A stretch of DNA of 34,695 bases from Gracilibacteraceae bacterium (GTDB lineage Bacteria > Bacillota > Desulfitobacteriia > Desulfitobacteriales > Syntrophobotulaceae), in NCBI GenBank assembly GCA_031263945.1, contig JAISEW010000014.1, positions 1 through 34,695 on the forward strand. The letters are read 5' to 3'. Below, piece after piece: positions 16,890 through 25,133 of the stretch (position 1 is its first letter; each line of letters begins with the position of its first letter). The notes beneath the pieces are model-generated. The model worked only from the letters and a program-made list of their open reading frames with translations. It did not search any database and had not been told where the DNA came from. Made by a program: the position numbers and the translations under genes.

Positions 16890-18094
16890 GCGCGGCCTCC
16901 TTCCGTATCAGGGTTTTCCTCGCCGGAGACCTCCGTCTCCGCTTCCGCGGCCGTTTCCGCCGCCGCGCCGTCCAGCTCGATGATCTTCACCTCCGAGCCG
17001 TCATTGACAAAACCCACGCCCCGCGTGATAAAAACATCGCCCGCGCTGAGACCGCTGACGATCTCCACGCGGTCGCCGTCCTCCAAACCCGTGGTCACGG
17101 GCGTTTCCACGGCATAGCCGTCCACGACGCGGTAGACCACGTCACGCCCGCCCCGGTAAACGACGGCGTCCAGCGAGACGACTACGACATTTTCTTTCGT
17201 CAGCGTCGTGATCCCCATCTTGGCGAACATACCCGGTTTGATGAGCTGACCGCTGTTGTCCAGATATACTTTCAGGGCGAACTGGCCGGTCATGGCGTCC
17301 GCCGCCAGACTCAAATCCTCCACCTGCCCGCTGAAAACCTCGGCGGAGGCCGCCGGCACTTCCACCGCCACCCGCTGTCCGTTTTGCACCAGATTGATGA
17401 ATTTTTCGCTGATCGCCGTTTGGATATAGACGCGCTCCAGCGCCGTCACCATGGCGGTCGGGCCGCTGGCCATATTGCCCACGCTGACGTTCAGGGCCGT
17501 GACCACGCCGTCGATCGGCGAGCGCACATCCATGTCGCTCATGGTTTTTTCCGCCGCGCTCACACCGGCGCGGGCCTGGGCCAGCTGGGCTTCCAGCGCG
17601 AGGATCGAAGAATCGGAGGCGGCGATCTCTATTTGCTCCAGGTCGGAGCGCGAGAGAGCGCCAGCCGCGAACAGTTCGCGGGAACGCTCCAATTGCAGTT
17701 TGGCGTTTTCGATTTTTTCCATCGTGGCCGTGTAGTTGGCTTCCGCCGCCTGATAACCGGCCATGGCCTGATCATAGGAGGCCTGGATCAATGATCTGTC
17801 CAGCGAAAACAACAGCTGACCCGCCGTGACGCTGTCGCCGACTTTGACCGCGACAGAACGCACGGTTCCCGGCGTGGTGGGGATCACGGTCACAGAATTA
17901 TCGGCTTGCACCTTGCCGCTGAGCTGGATGGAAACTTCCATATCGGCCAGAGCCGCCGTGGAGGCGTTGACCGCCGTATAGGTCAGCGCGGACGTCGCCG
18001 GCGGACGGTTTAATTGGGCAAAGAGACGCCAAGCCACAATAGCTACGGCTAACACCACAACAACGCCAAGGATTACTTTCGCTTTTTTACTCAT
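16886..18094 (-). CDS. Efflux RND periplasmic adaptor (HlyD/MFP family)
   Basis: Trimmed to the ATG at 18094 (MSKKAKVILGVVVVLAVAIVAW), which has GGAGG upstream. It has a signal-anchor, coiled-coil and beta-barrel regions, and an acidic C-terminal tail. Confidence 0.9.
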   Translation of the reverse strand: MSKKAKVILGVVVVLAVAIVAWRLFAQLNRPPATSALTYTAVNASTAALADMEVSIQLSGKVQADNSVTVIPTTPGTVRSVAVKVGDSVTAGQLLFSLDRSLIQASYDQAMAGYQAAEANYTATMEKIENAKLQLERSRELFAAGALSRSDLEQIEIAASDSSILALEAQLAQARAGVSAAEKTMSDMDVRSPIDGVVTALNVSVGNMASGPTAMVTALERVYIQTAISEKFINLVQNGQRVAVEVPAASAEVFSGQVEDLSLAADAMTGQFALKVYLDNSGQLIKPGMFAKMGITTLTKENVVVVSLDAVVYRGGRDVVYRVVDGYAVETPVTTGLEDGDRVEIVSGLSAGDVFITRGVGFVNDGSEVKIIELDGAAAETAAEAETEVSGEENPDTEGGRA

Positions 18095-18171
18095 CTTTTC
18101 CTCCGCGCGGCCACGCAAGCCGCGTAAACTCGATTTCGTCGCCGACTGACCCCCTCGGCCGATTTACTAGT

Positions 18172-18200
18172 ATTTTACTCTGACGGCTTGGAATTGTCAA
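18172..18200 (-). promoter_or_regulatory. Strong promoter of the RND efflux operon
   Basis: The minus strand reads TTGACA (18200..18195), a 17-nt spacer, then TAAAAT (18177..18172), about 75 nt upstream of the adaptor ATG. Confidence 0.7.
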
Positions 18201-18250
18201 TGCGGATTCTCCCGCGGGAACCATAGTCAGCACGCCCATCTTCCCTCCTT

Positions 18251-18280
18251 CGATGTCAAATGGTCTACCTTTTGACATCG
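18251..18280. repeat. Hairpin copy 1 (CGATGTCAAATGG-TCTA-CCTTTTGACATCG)
   Basis: 13-bp stem with one mismatch. It shares the core CAAAAGG-TAGA-CC(A/T)TTTG, in opposite orientation, with the hairpin at 18407-18436. It lies about 50 nt upstream of the RND -35. Confidence 0.7.
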
Positions 18281-18406
18281 CTCTCCGCGAGGTAAATATT
18301 TCACAAAACTTCGTCAAATTTGCAAAAATCCTTCTTGATCTTGGCGGAAATTCATGGTAGTATTAAGCGCTTTGATCAATTCATGCAAGTTAAGCCGACA
18401 TGAAGC

Positions 18407-18436
18407 GAGTCTCAAAAGGTAGACCTTTTGAGACTC
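18407..18436. terminator. Hairpin copy 2 (GAGTCTCAAAAGG-TAGA-CCTTTTGAGACTC), likely terminator after the glycosyltransferase gene
   Basis: Perfect 13-bp stem 22 nt downstream of the GT stop at 18459. A T4 run is present only on the plus-strand side. Confidence 0.5.
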
Positions 18437-18458
18437 TTTTGCAGGATACCTTTGCGTT

Positions 18459-19490
18459 TTATCGCCACGGATTTTTACCGCGATCACCCGCGATGGCGCG
18501 GGCTTCCGTATACGCCGCCAGCAGCCGCTGGCCGACAAACTCGAGCGCTCTTTCTTCCGCGACGGCGTGACCGTTTTGTGATAAATCCCGCAAGTCGCCG
18601 CTCGTCATGCCGATGATTTTATGACAAAATTCCTCCGTGCTTCCGCCTTTATACACATGGACGCCGTCCGCCAGCCAATCATGGTAAACGGGTATATCCC
18701 GCAGCAATATGGGCGTATTCATCGCCAAAGCCTCCAATACGGCGATGCCTTCCGTTTCCTCATGGCTGGGGAACAGAAACATATCGCAGCCGCGGTAGGC
18801 GTCGCGCAGTTCTTCCCGCCCGACATAGCCGGGAAAAATGAGATTCGGCAGCTCCGCGCGCACCGCTTTTCTGACCTTGGCCGGCACGGTCCGGAGATCC
18901 GCGTGGCCAAACCAGATGAATTTGTATGCGGGCAGCCGCCCAGCCAGTTCCACGAAATCCAAAATCCCTTTTCGCTCGATCCACAGACCGACGGACATGA
19001 TCACCTTGTCGCCGCCCTTAAAACCGTATTTTTTGCGAAAAGCAGCCCGGTCGCCCTTTTTTCTGTCAAAAAATGTCAAATCGACCCCGTTGGAAATGGC
19101 CCTGATCGGCGGTTTTATGCCGTAACCCTCCAGGATACGTTTGGCATAAGGCGTGGGCGTTATAACGAGGTCGGCGCGGCCGTAACAGCGCTTGAGCCAC
19201 AGCCGGAAAAGCGGCGAAGCCCAGTTGGAGCCGATAAAAGAATTCCGGAAATCCTCCTCCGTGGAATGGGCGTGAAAGACCACCGTTTTCTCCAGCGCCC
19301 GGGCGCGGCCGCTCACGCGCAAGGAGCCGGGAAACAGCGTGTTGATATGCGCGACGTCAAAATCGCCGTCCGCGTCGGTCGTAAACTCTATGCCGCTATG
19401 GGCCAGAGCTTTTTGCTGATGCTCCAGCGCGCGTCCCACGCCGCTTTTCCCAATCAGCTTCTGATACTCGAAAAACAGCAGTACTCGCAT
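18459..19490 (-). CDS. Glycosyltransferase family 4 (GT-B, glycolipid synthase-like)
   Basis: 343 aa. The N-terminus is MRVLLFFEYQKLIGKSGVGRALEHQ and the C-terminal half carries the E-x7-E region (FPSHEETEGIAVLEALA). Confidence 0.85.
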   Translation of the reverse strand: MRVLLFFEYQKLIGKSGVGRALEHQQKALAHSGIEFTTDADGDFDVAHINTLFPGSLRVSGRARALEKTVVFHAHSTEEDFRNSFIGSNWASPLFRLWLKRCYGRADLVITPTPYAKRILEGYGIKPPIRAISNGVDLTFFDRKKGDRAAFRKKYGFKGGDKVIMSVGLWIERKGILDFVELAGRLPAYKFIWFGHADLRTVPAKVRKAVRAELPNLIFPGYVGREELRDAYRGCDMFLFPSHEETEGIAVLEALAMNTPILLRDIPVYHDWLADGVHVYKGGSTEEFCHKIIGMTSGDLRDLSQNGHAVAEERALEFVGQRLLAAYTEARAIAGDRGKNPWR

Positions 19491-19502
19491 AGATCCTCCC
19501 TA

Positions 19503-20105
19503 CTAGCCGATCAGCCGCGCGACCCAGCCGGACGCGAAGGCGAGCCCCAGGCTGTACGCTATGATGGCGCCCGGCTTGCAAAGCAAAATAATGGCGATAA
19601 ACTTTTTCAGCCGCATACGCGTCATGCCCGCCACCAGGCACAGATAATCGTCCGGCGCGACCGGCAGGAAGATCGCCAGCGCGAACCACCTGTCGAAGGC
19701 GCTTTCCCTGTCCAGCCAGCCGATGTACTTGTCGTAGATCCGCTCCGGGACGACGCTTCGCACAAACGGTTTTCCGTATCTGCGCGCCAGCAGAAAATTG
19801 ATAACGGAGCCCGTGACGATGCCGATGTAATTGTAGACGCAGCCCCAAACGGGACCGAAAATCAGCACGCCGGCGAGGCAGCCGAGCCCTCCGGGTATAA
19901 CGGGGACGACGACCTGAACGATCTGCAGGAGGACAAACAGGGCGGGCGCCCATACTCCCGCCCGGGTCAGAAAATCTTCAAGCACGTCCGTCCGCGTAAA
20001 CAAACCGATATGATAGCCGAAAATACACAGGGCGATCGCGGCGGCGATCCCCAGAGCCGATAGGATATTGATGATTTTTCCGGCCTGCGCCCGCGTGTTC
20101 GTCAT
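19503..20105 (-). CDS. TVP38/TMEM64 (DedA-related) family membrane protein
   Basis: VVPVIPGGLGCLAGVLIFGPVWG...INFLLARRYGKPFV motifs. The ATG at 20105 has GGAGGTG 6 nt upstream; the ORF track GTG start is 20114. It is co-oriented with the GT gene, 12 nt apart. Confidence 0.85.
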   Translation of the reverse strand: MTNTRAQAGKIINILSALGIAAAIALCIFGYHIGLFTRTDVLEDFLTRAGVWAPALFVLLQIVQVVVPVIPGGLGCLAGVLIFGPVWGCVYNYIGIVTGSVINFLLARRYGKPFVRSVVPERIYDKYIGWLDRESAFDRWFALAIFLPVAPDDYLCLVAGMTRMRLKKFIAIILLCKPGAIIAYSLGLAFASGWVARLIG

Positions 20106-20411
20106 ACCCGCCACCTCCGCAATTATAGTAACACGCGCCGATTAAAGCGCGGCGGAACGTAGATTAAGCGTCTGTTAAACCTGGATGAAAAAACTGAGAC
20201 GGATTTTAATGTTCCGGTGCCGGCGACCCAGCCAGCGTTTCCCTATGGTAAAGCCGGCGTTCAAGAAGCCGAACGGGGCGCGCACATAATCGGGACCGAG
20301 CGCAGCGCGGCGCCGGCGCCCACCTACAGGAATCCCATGACAAATGTCGCGAGCAGATACTGATCACAGATTACCGGATAAAGGTAAACAGAAAACCCTT
20401 AAAAGTTGTAA

Positions 20412-20466
20412 ACTCCCCACTCCCAACTCTCAACTCTCAACTCTCAACTCTCCACTCCCCCACTCT
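20412..20466. repeat. Degenerate heptanucleotide tandem repeat with four perfect CAACTCT units (20424-20451) and C/T-rich degenerate flanks
   Basis: Read directly: ...CCCACTCC CAACTCT CAACTCT CAACTCT CAACTCT CCACTCC CCCACTC. It ends where the predicted -35 begins. Confidence 0.9.
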
Positions 20467-20494
20467 TGCCCGTCTCCGTTTTTTCCGCTATAAT
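20466..20494 (+). promoter_or_regulatory. Candidate promoter of the 757-aa gene
   Basis: TTGCCC (20466-20471), a 17-nt spacer, then TATAAT (20489-20494), 35 nt upstream of the ATG at 20529. Confidence 0.5.
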
Positions 20495-20528
20495 AATCTA
20501 GGATACCTCTAAAGAAAGCATTGGCGGT

Positions 20529-22802
20529 ATGGGGGTGAAAATCACGTTAAATCATGAAGCGGTTTTTCTGGGTTTGAATGAGCGTCATCCGGCCCAGACC
20601 TTGTTTTTCCGCTTTATCGGCACGGACGAGGACGGGAAAACAGAGGCTTTTCTGACGCGCTTCCGCGATCTGGCCGCCGAAGGGGGGCTGCTGTTCACAG
20701 AGCCGATCCCGGAACCGGGGGCAGGCGAGACGGCCCGTCTGGAGGAGGCGACCGGCGATTTCACTCGCGTCACGGAGCAAACGGTCGTCGCGCATGTGAC
20801 CGTCTGGCTGGCCCAGTTATGGCAGTCGCAGCAAGCGGAAACAGCCAAAGCGGTATGGTCGCTCGTCAAATTCCTCAAAGGACGCGGCACGCGCGAGGAA
20901 ACGCTGCGCTCCGTGTATACAGGTCTGCTCTGCCGCCTCTCGGTCCCCTGCGGTCGTGCCCTGCGCGCGATGGGCAGCGGTGATCCGCCCAAGGTGATGT
21001 ACGAGGGGGAGATCACGGCCCGGGAACTCTATCTGCTTTATACGCTTTCGCTGGCCGGCTGCGACGTGGTATACGCGCATCATAACGAGGAAAGTTATTT
21101 GGCCGCCGACCCGATCGGCCGTTTTTCCTCGCTCGTGCGCGGCTCGGTCTTCACGCCCCGGCCTGCCCGGACGGCCGCGGAGCGGGAAACGTCCGCCGGC
21201 TCGCCGGATCTTCCGGCGCCGGCGGCGGACGCGGCGACGGCGCGGGCGGACGCGGCGCGCACCGCCGGTCTCGTCTGCGTGAACTCCTGGCTTGAGGGCG
21301 GCGACGTTTGGAGCGCGGTCCTGGAAAACGCCGCCCGGCGCGGCGGCCGCGGCCCGGAACGGCGCAATATTTTTTCTCTTTGTTTCGGCGCCGACGAGCG
21401 GGAAGTCTACCGCAACCGCCTTTTCTTCCTGCGGGAAAAACTGCGCGCCTCTGGAAAAAAATGGATGTTAATGACTTTGCGCACCCCGCCCCCGACCGAA
21501 AAAGAAGCGGCGGTTTTTCAGGGAGCGGTCACGCCGGAGGAATTGGCCGCGCGCCTGACCGCCGGTGATGAACTCACGACTCTTCTGGCCCGGCGGGCGC
21601 TGCTCACGCTGCTGGACGAACGGGCGGCGGCGGAAACGGACGGCGGGACGGAAGCGGGCTTGCCGCCGCGGCTGGCCGCCTGGCTCGCGCGTTACGCGGC
21701 GGAGCTGTTCGCCGGAGAAGCGGCGGCGGACGCCCCGCCGATTTTCCTCTATTACGGCCCCATCACGGCGGATGAGACGGATTTGCTTTGGCTGCTGAAA
21801 GAAATCGGCGCCGACGTTCTATATTTCTCGCCGGATAAGGCAGACAGCGAAGTGTTTCACCGCCGCCTGGGGCCGCCGCTCGGGGCGCTGGAGACGGAAC
21901 TGCCGGGCGATTTGCCCTGGGAGCCTTTTCCGGAGGAAGAAATACGTCTGCGGGCGGAAACAACGGCCTACAACGCTTCCCGCGAATTGGACCGCGTTTT
22001 GTACAGCGGTTCCGGCCTTTACCGCCGCCGGCAATTCACCCGCAGCCGGCCGGTGACTCTCAAGACCACCTATGACGAGATCCCCCTGCTCTGGCCGGTC
22101 GAGGCCAAGTACCGCCCCAATTTCCAGGCGGAGGACGGCGTGGCGACGGTGCCGAATATTTTCGCTAAGATCTGCGGCGTGGAAAAAGGCCTGACCGAGA
22201 TGTACTGGGATCGGATCGCCGCCCTGACGACACAGCAGACCTGTCTGGTCACGCGTCTGCCGTTTTTTGCCCGCGCGGGCGCGGCGGAGACGAAGGAGGC
22301 GCGGAATTTCTGGCAGGACGATCAGCTTTCTCCGGACGTGAAAAAAAGTCCCTACTACCGTTACGAGCATCTGTCGCCTGACACGCAGGAACTGTGGCTG
22401 GAAAAAACGCGGGAACTCCTGCGCGGCGATCTGCTGCGTCTGACGGAGGAAGAAAAATTTCAGGCCCTCGCGGTCTTGCTCGCCCTGGAACCGGAGATCC
22501 TGCGCCTAGTGCAGAATTTCGACTATACGGGCGAAGTGCCCAAACTGCTCATAGTCTCGGCGACGGACGCCCTTTTCGCCTTGGAGGACTGCGTTCACGC
22601 CGCTTTTCTCAATATGATCGGCTTTGACGTTGTGATCTTCACGCCGACCGGCAACCGGGACATCGAGACTTATATCGACGCGCGGCATTTTGAGACCCAT
22701 CAGATCGGCGAATATATGCCCGGCCTGAGCCCGCCCGATTTGCGCCGGCGCCGGCTGGGCCTGAAGCCGCAGTCGTGGCTGGGCAAGTTGTTAGGGCGTT
22801 AA
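20529..22802 (+). CDS. Large cytoplasmic protein of unknown function with three internal repeats (possibly YceG-like 'biosynthetic module' family)
   Basis: 757-aa ORF with no TM segments. A three-fold module is visible: PPKVMYEGEITARELYLLYTLSLAGCDVVY / PPIFLYYGPITADETDLLWLLKEIGADVLYF / VPKLLIVSATDALFALEDCVHAAFLNMIGFDVVIF. There is an Ala/Arg/Pro low-complexity linker. The family name is from memory only. Confidence 0.75.
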   Translation: MGVKITLNHEAVFLGLNERHPAQTLFFRFIGTDEDGKTEAFLTRFRDLAAEGGLLFTEPIPEPGAGETARLEEATGDFTRVTEQTVVAHVTVWLAQLWQSQQAETAKAVWSLVKFLKGRGTREETLRSVYTGLLCRLSVPCGRALRAMGSGDPPKVMYEGEITARELYLLYTLSLAGCDVVYAHHNEESYLAADPIGRFSSLVRGSVFTPRPARTAAERETSAGSPDLPAPAADAATARADAARTAGLVCVNSWLEGGDVWSAVLENAARRGGRGPERRNIFSLCFGADEREVYRNRLFFLREKLRASGKKWMLMTLRTPPPTEKEAAVFQGAVTPEELAARLTAGDELTTLLARRALLTLLDERAAAETDGGTEAGLPPRLAAWLARYAAELFAGEAAADAPPIFLYYGPITADETDLLWLLKEIGADVLYFSPDKADSEVFHRRLGPPLGALETELPGDLPWEPFPEEEIRLRAETTAYNASRELDRVLYSGSGLYRRRQFTRSRPVTLKTTYDEIPLLWPVEAKYRPNFQAEDGVATVPNIFAKICGVEKGLTEMYWDRIAALTTQQTCLVTRLPFFARAGAAETKEARNFWQDDQLSPDVKKSPYYRYEHLSPDTQELWLEKTRELLRGDLLRLTEEEKFQALAVLLALEPEILRLVQNFDYTGEVPKLLIVSATDALFALEDCVHAAFLNMIGFDVVIFTPTGNRDIETYIDARHFETHQIGEYMPGLSPPDLRRRRLGLKPQSWLGKLLGR

Positions 22803-22830
22803 GGCGGTTTTGGCAAAGCGGATCCGAGTA

Positions 22831-22854
22831 TATGGAATAATATGGAATAATATG
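22831..22854. promoter_or_regulatory. Tandem 10-nt repeat TATGGAATAA x2.4 immediately upstream of argF (possible ArgR/AhrC operator)
   Basis: Read directly at 22831-22840, 22841-22850 and a partial copy at 22851-22854. The AT-rich TGGAATAAT cores loosely resemble ARG-box half-sites (TGAATAA). Confidence 0.35.
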
Positions 22855-22869
22855 TAAAAGGTGGTCAAA

Positions 22870-23823
22870 ATGGCGGATTTAAGCGCAAAACTGGCGGGGC
22901 GCGACTTTCTGACCTTGCAGGATTTCACGGCGGCGGAAATCAGCGTCTTTATCGCGACGGCCCGCGATCTCAAAGCCCGGCAGAAAGCCGGAACGCCGCA
23001 TCATTTGCTCGCGGGCAAAACTTTGGCGATGATATTCACCAAATCATCGACCCGGACGCGCGTCGCTTTTGAGGTCGGCATTTATCAACTGGGGGGAACG
23101 GCTCTTTTTCTCAGCGAACGGGATATCCAGCTGGGACGGGGCGAATCCGTCGCCGACACGGCCCGCGTCCTCTCCCGCATGGTGGACGGCGTCATGATCC
23201 GCACATTCAGTCACGCGGAAGTGGAAGAACTGGCGCGGCACGCGGCGGTCCCCGTCATCAACGGCCTGACGGACTATCTGCACCCGACTCAGGTCCTGGC
23301 TGATCTGATGACGATCGAGGAACATAAGGGCCGTCTGGCCGGCCTGAAACTGGCTTATATCGGCGACGGCGGTAATGTGGCCCACTCTTTGCTCATCGGC
23401 TGCAGCAAAATGGGTATGGATATCACTTTGGCCTGTCCGGCGGCGTATGAGCCGCGGGAGGAAATACTGCGGGCGGCGCTCGCCAACGGCGCGGAGAGCG
23501 GCAGCCGCGTGCGCCTGGTGCGTGATCCGCTGGAGGCGGCGCGGGATGCCGACGCCCTTTACACCGACGTCTGGGCCAGCATGGGGCAGGAAGGCGAATC
23601 AGCGGAAAGGCGCGCCGCTTTTAAGGGTTATTGCCTGGACGACGCGGCGCTGGCGGCGGCGCGGCCGGACGTTATAGTTTTGCATTGCCTGCCTGCGCAT
23701 AAAGGCGAAGAAATAACGGAAGCGGTTTTTGAAGGCCCGCGCTCCGTGGTGTTCGACGAGGCGGAAAACCGTCTGCACGCTCATAAAGCCGTCATGGCCC
23801 TTTTGATGGGAAACACTGATTAA
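22870..23823 (+). CDS. argF: Ornithine carbamoyltransferase
   Basis: STRTR carbamoyl-phosphate motif ([13 protein letters not shown]), HPTQ motif and HCLPA motif. The ATG at 22870 has AAAGGTGG upstream; the ORF track GTG start is 22861. Confidence 0.95.
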   Translation: MADLSAKLAGRDFLTLQDFTAAEISVFIATARDLKARQKAGTPHHLLAGKTLAMIFTKSSTRTRVAFEVGIYQLGGTALFLSERDIQLGRGESVADTARVLSRMVDGVMIRTFSHAEVEELARHAAVPVINGLTDYLHPTQVLADLMTIEEHKGRLAGLKLAYIGDGGNVAHSLLIGCSKMGMDITLACPAAYEPREEILRAALANGAESGSRVRLVRDPLEAARDADALYTDVWASMGQEGESAERRAAFKGYCLDDAALAAARPDVIVLHCLPAHKGEEITEAVFEGPRSVVFDEAENRLHAHKAVMALLMGNTD

Positions 23824-23852
23824 ACTATTTAACTAATACGAGGAGAGCAAAT

Positions 23853-25070
23853 ATGGGTAAAAAGGTTGTTTTGGCATACTCCGGCGGTTTAGACACTTCC
23901 GTGATCATCCCCTGGCTGAAGGAAAATTATGGTTATGAAGTTATCGCCATGTCCGCCGATCTGGGACAGGGCGAGGAACTGGAGCCGCTGCGGGCCAAAG
24001 CCCTGCAAAGCGGCGCGGCCAAACTCTACATCGAGGACTTGCGCGAGGAATTTGTCACCGATTATATTTTCCCGACGATCAGGGCCGGCGCCGTATATGA
24101 GGGGGAATACCTGCTCGGCACGGCTTTTGCCCGTCCGCTCATCGCCAAACGGCTGGTGGAGATCGCCCGCCGCGAAGGCGCGGTGGCGGTAGCGCACGGC
24201 GCGACCGGCAAAGGCAATGACCAGGTGCGTTTTGAACTGTCCGTAAAAGCTCTGGATCCGGAGCTGGCAATCATCGCCCCCTGGCGGCTGTGGGACATCC
24301 GCTCGCGCGAGGACGCGATCGACTACGCGGCGGCGCGGGGCATCCCCGTGCCCGTGACCAAAGAAAGCCCGTACAGTCTGGACCGCAATATCTGGCACCT
24401 CAGCCACGAGGGGGGCGATCTGGAAAACCCGTGGAACGCGCCGCGCGACAGCATGTACGCTTTGACGACGCCGCCGCGCCAGGCCCCGGACGAACCGGCC
24501 TATGTGGAAATCGAGTTCACCCGGGGCGACCCGGTGGCCGTCAACGGCGAACAAATGGCGCCTTTGGCCTTGCTGACCAAATTGAACGAAATAGGCGGCG
24601 CTCATGGCGTCGGCATCGTGGACATCGTGGAAAACCGGCTTGTGGGCATGAAATCCCGCGGCGTATACGAAACGCCCGGCGGCGCGATCTTGGTCGCGGC
24701 TCACCGAGCGCTGGAGCGGCTGACGCTGGACCGGACCACGCAGCATTTCAAGGAACAGGCAGCCCTGCGCTACGCGGAACTGGTTTACGACGGTCTATGG
24801 TTTTCCCCGCTGCGCGAGGCCCTGGACGCTTTTGTCGCCGTGACGCAGCGCCAGGTCACAGGAGTGGCGCGCCTGCAGTTATATAAGGGCAATTGCCGCC
24901 CGGCCGGGACGCGATCGCCTTACTCCCTGTACAATGAGGAATTTGTCACCTTCGGCGCCGACGAGGTCTATAATCAGAAGGACGCGGAAGGATTCATCAA
25001 TCTGTTCGGTTTGCCGCTCAAAGTGCGGGCCCTGATGGAAAAGCAGGCCTCCGTTATTCGTTCAAATTAA
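23853..25070 (+). CDS. argG: Argininosuccinate synthase
   Basis: N-terminal PP-loop AYSGGLDTS, plus [13 protein letters not shown] and the rest of the classic ArgG pattern. 405 aa. The RBS is GAGGAG. Confidence 0.95.
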   Translation: MGKKVVLAYSGGLDTSVIIPWLKENYGYEVIAMSADLGQGEELEPLRAKALQSGAAKLYIEDLREEFVTDYIFPTIRAGAVYEGEYLLGTAFARPLIAKRLVEIARREGAVAVAHGATGKGNDQVRFELSVKALDPELAIIAPWRLWDIRSREDAIDYAAARGIPVPVTKESPYSLDRNIWHLSHEGGDLENPWNAPRDSMYALTTPPRQAPDEPAYVEIEFTRGDPVAVNGEQMAPLALLTKLNEIGGAHGVGIVDIVENRLVGMKSRGVYETPGGAILVAAHRALERLTLDRTTQHFKEQAALRYAELVYDGLWFSPLREALDAFVAVTQRQVTGVARLQLYKGNCRPAGTRSPYSLYNEEFVTFGADEVYNQKDAEGFINLFGLPLKVRALMEKQASVIRSN

Positions 25071-25133
25071 GACTTGCGGCCAGAACGCCGTCATATCTTC
25101 AAGTTTCCTTACTCGGCGAGGACATACACCGCC

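Noticed and set aside
18087-18317. 76-aa minus-strand ORF, with an internal ATG preceded by GAAGGAGGG, upstream of the efflux adaptor gene.
   Set aside because: It would run straight through the strong TTGACA-17-TAAAAT promoter and end inside the adaptor gene. The Shine-Dalgarno to ATG spacing is only about 4 nt, and the sequence has no protein-like features.
20160-20345. GC-rich, coding-looking stretch in the 414-bp TVP38/757-aa intergenic region. A minus-strand frame reads ...PDYVRAPFGFLNAGFTIGKRWLGRRHRNIKIRLSFFIQV*, and another frame has a TM-like segment interrupted by a stop.
   Set aside because: There is no start codon or RBS and the open stretch is under 60 codons. It may be a decayed gene remnant, but I cannot assign a family, so it is not reported as a pseudogene.
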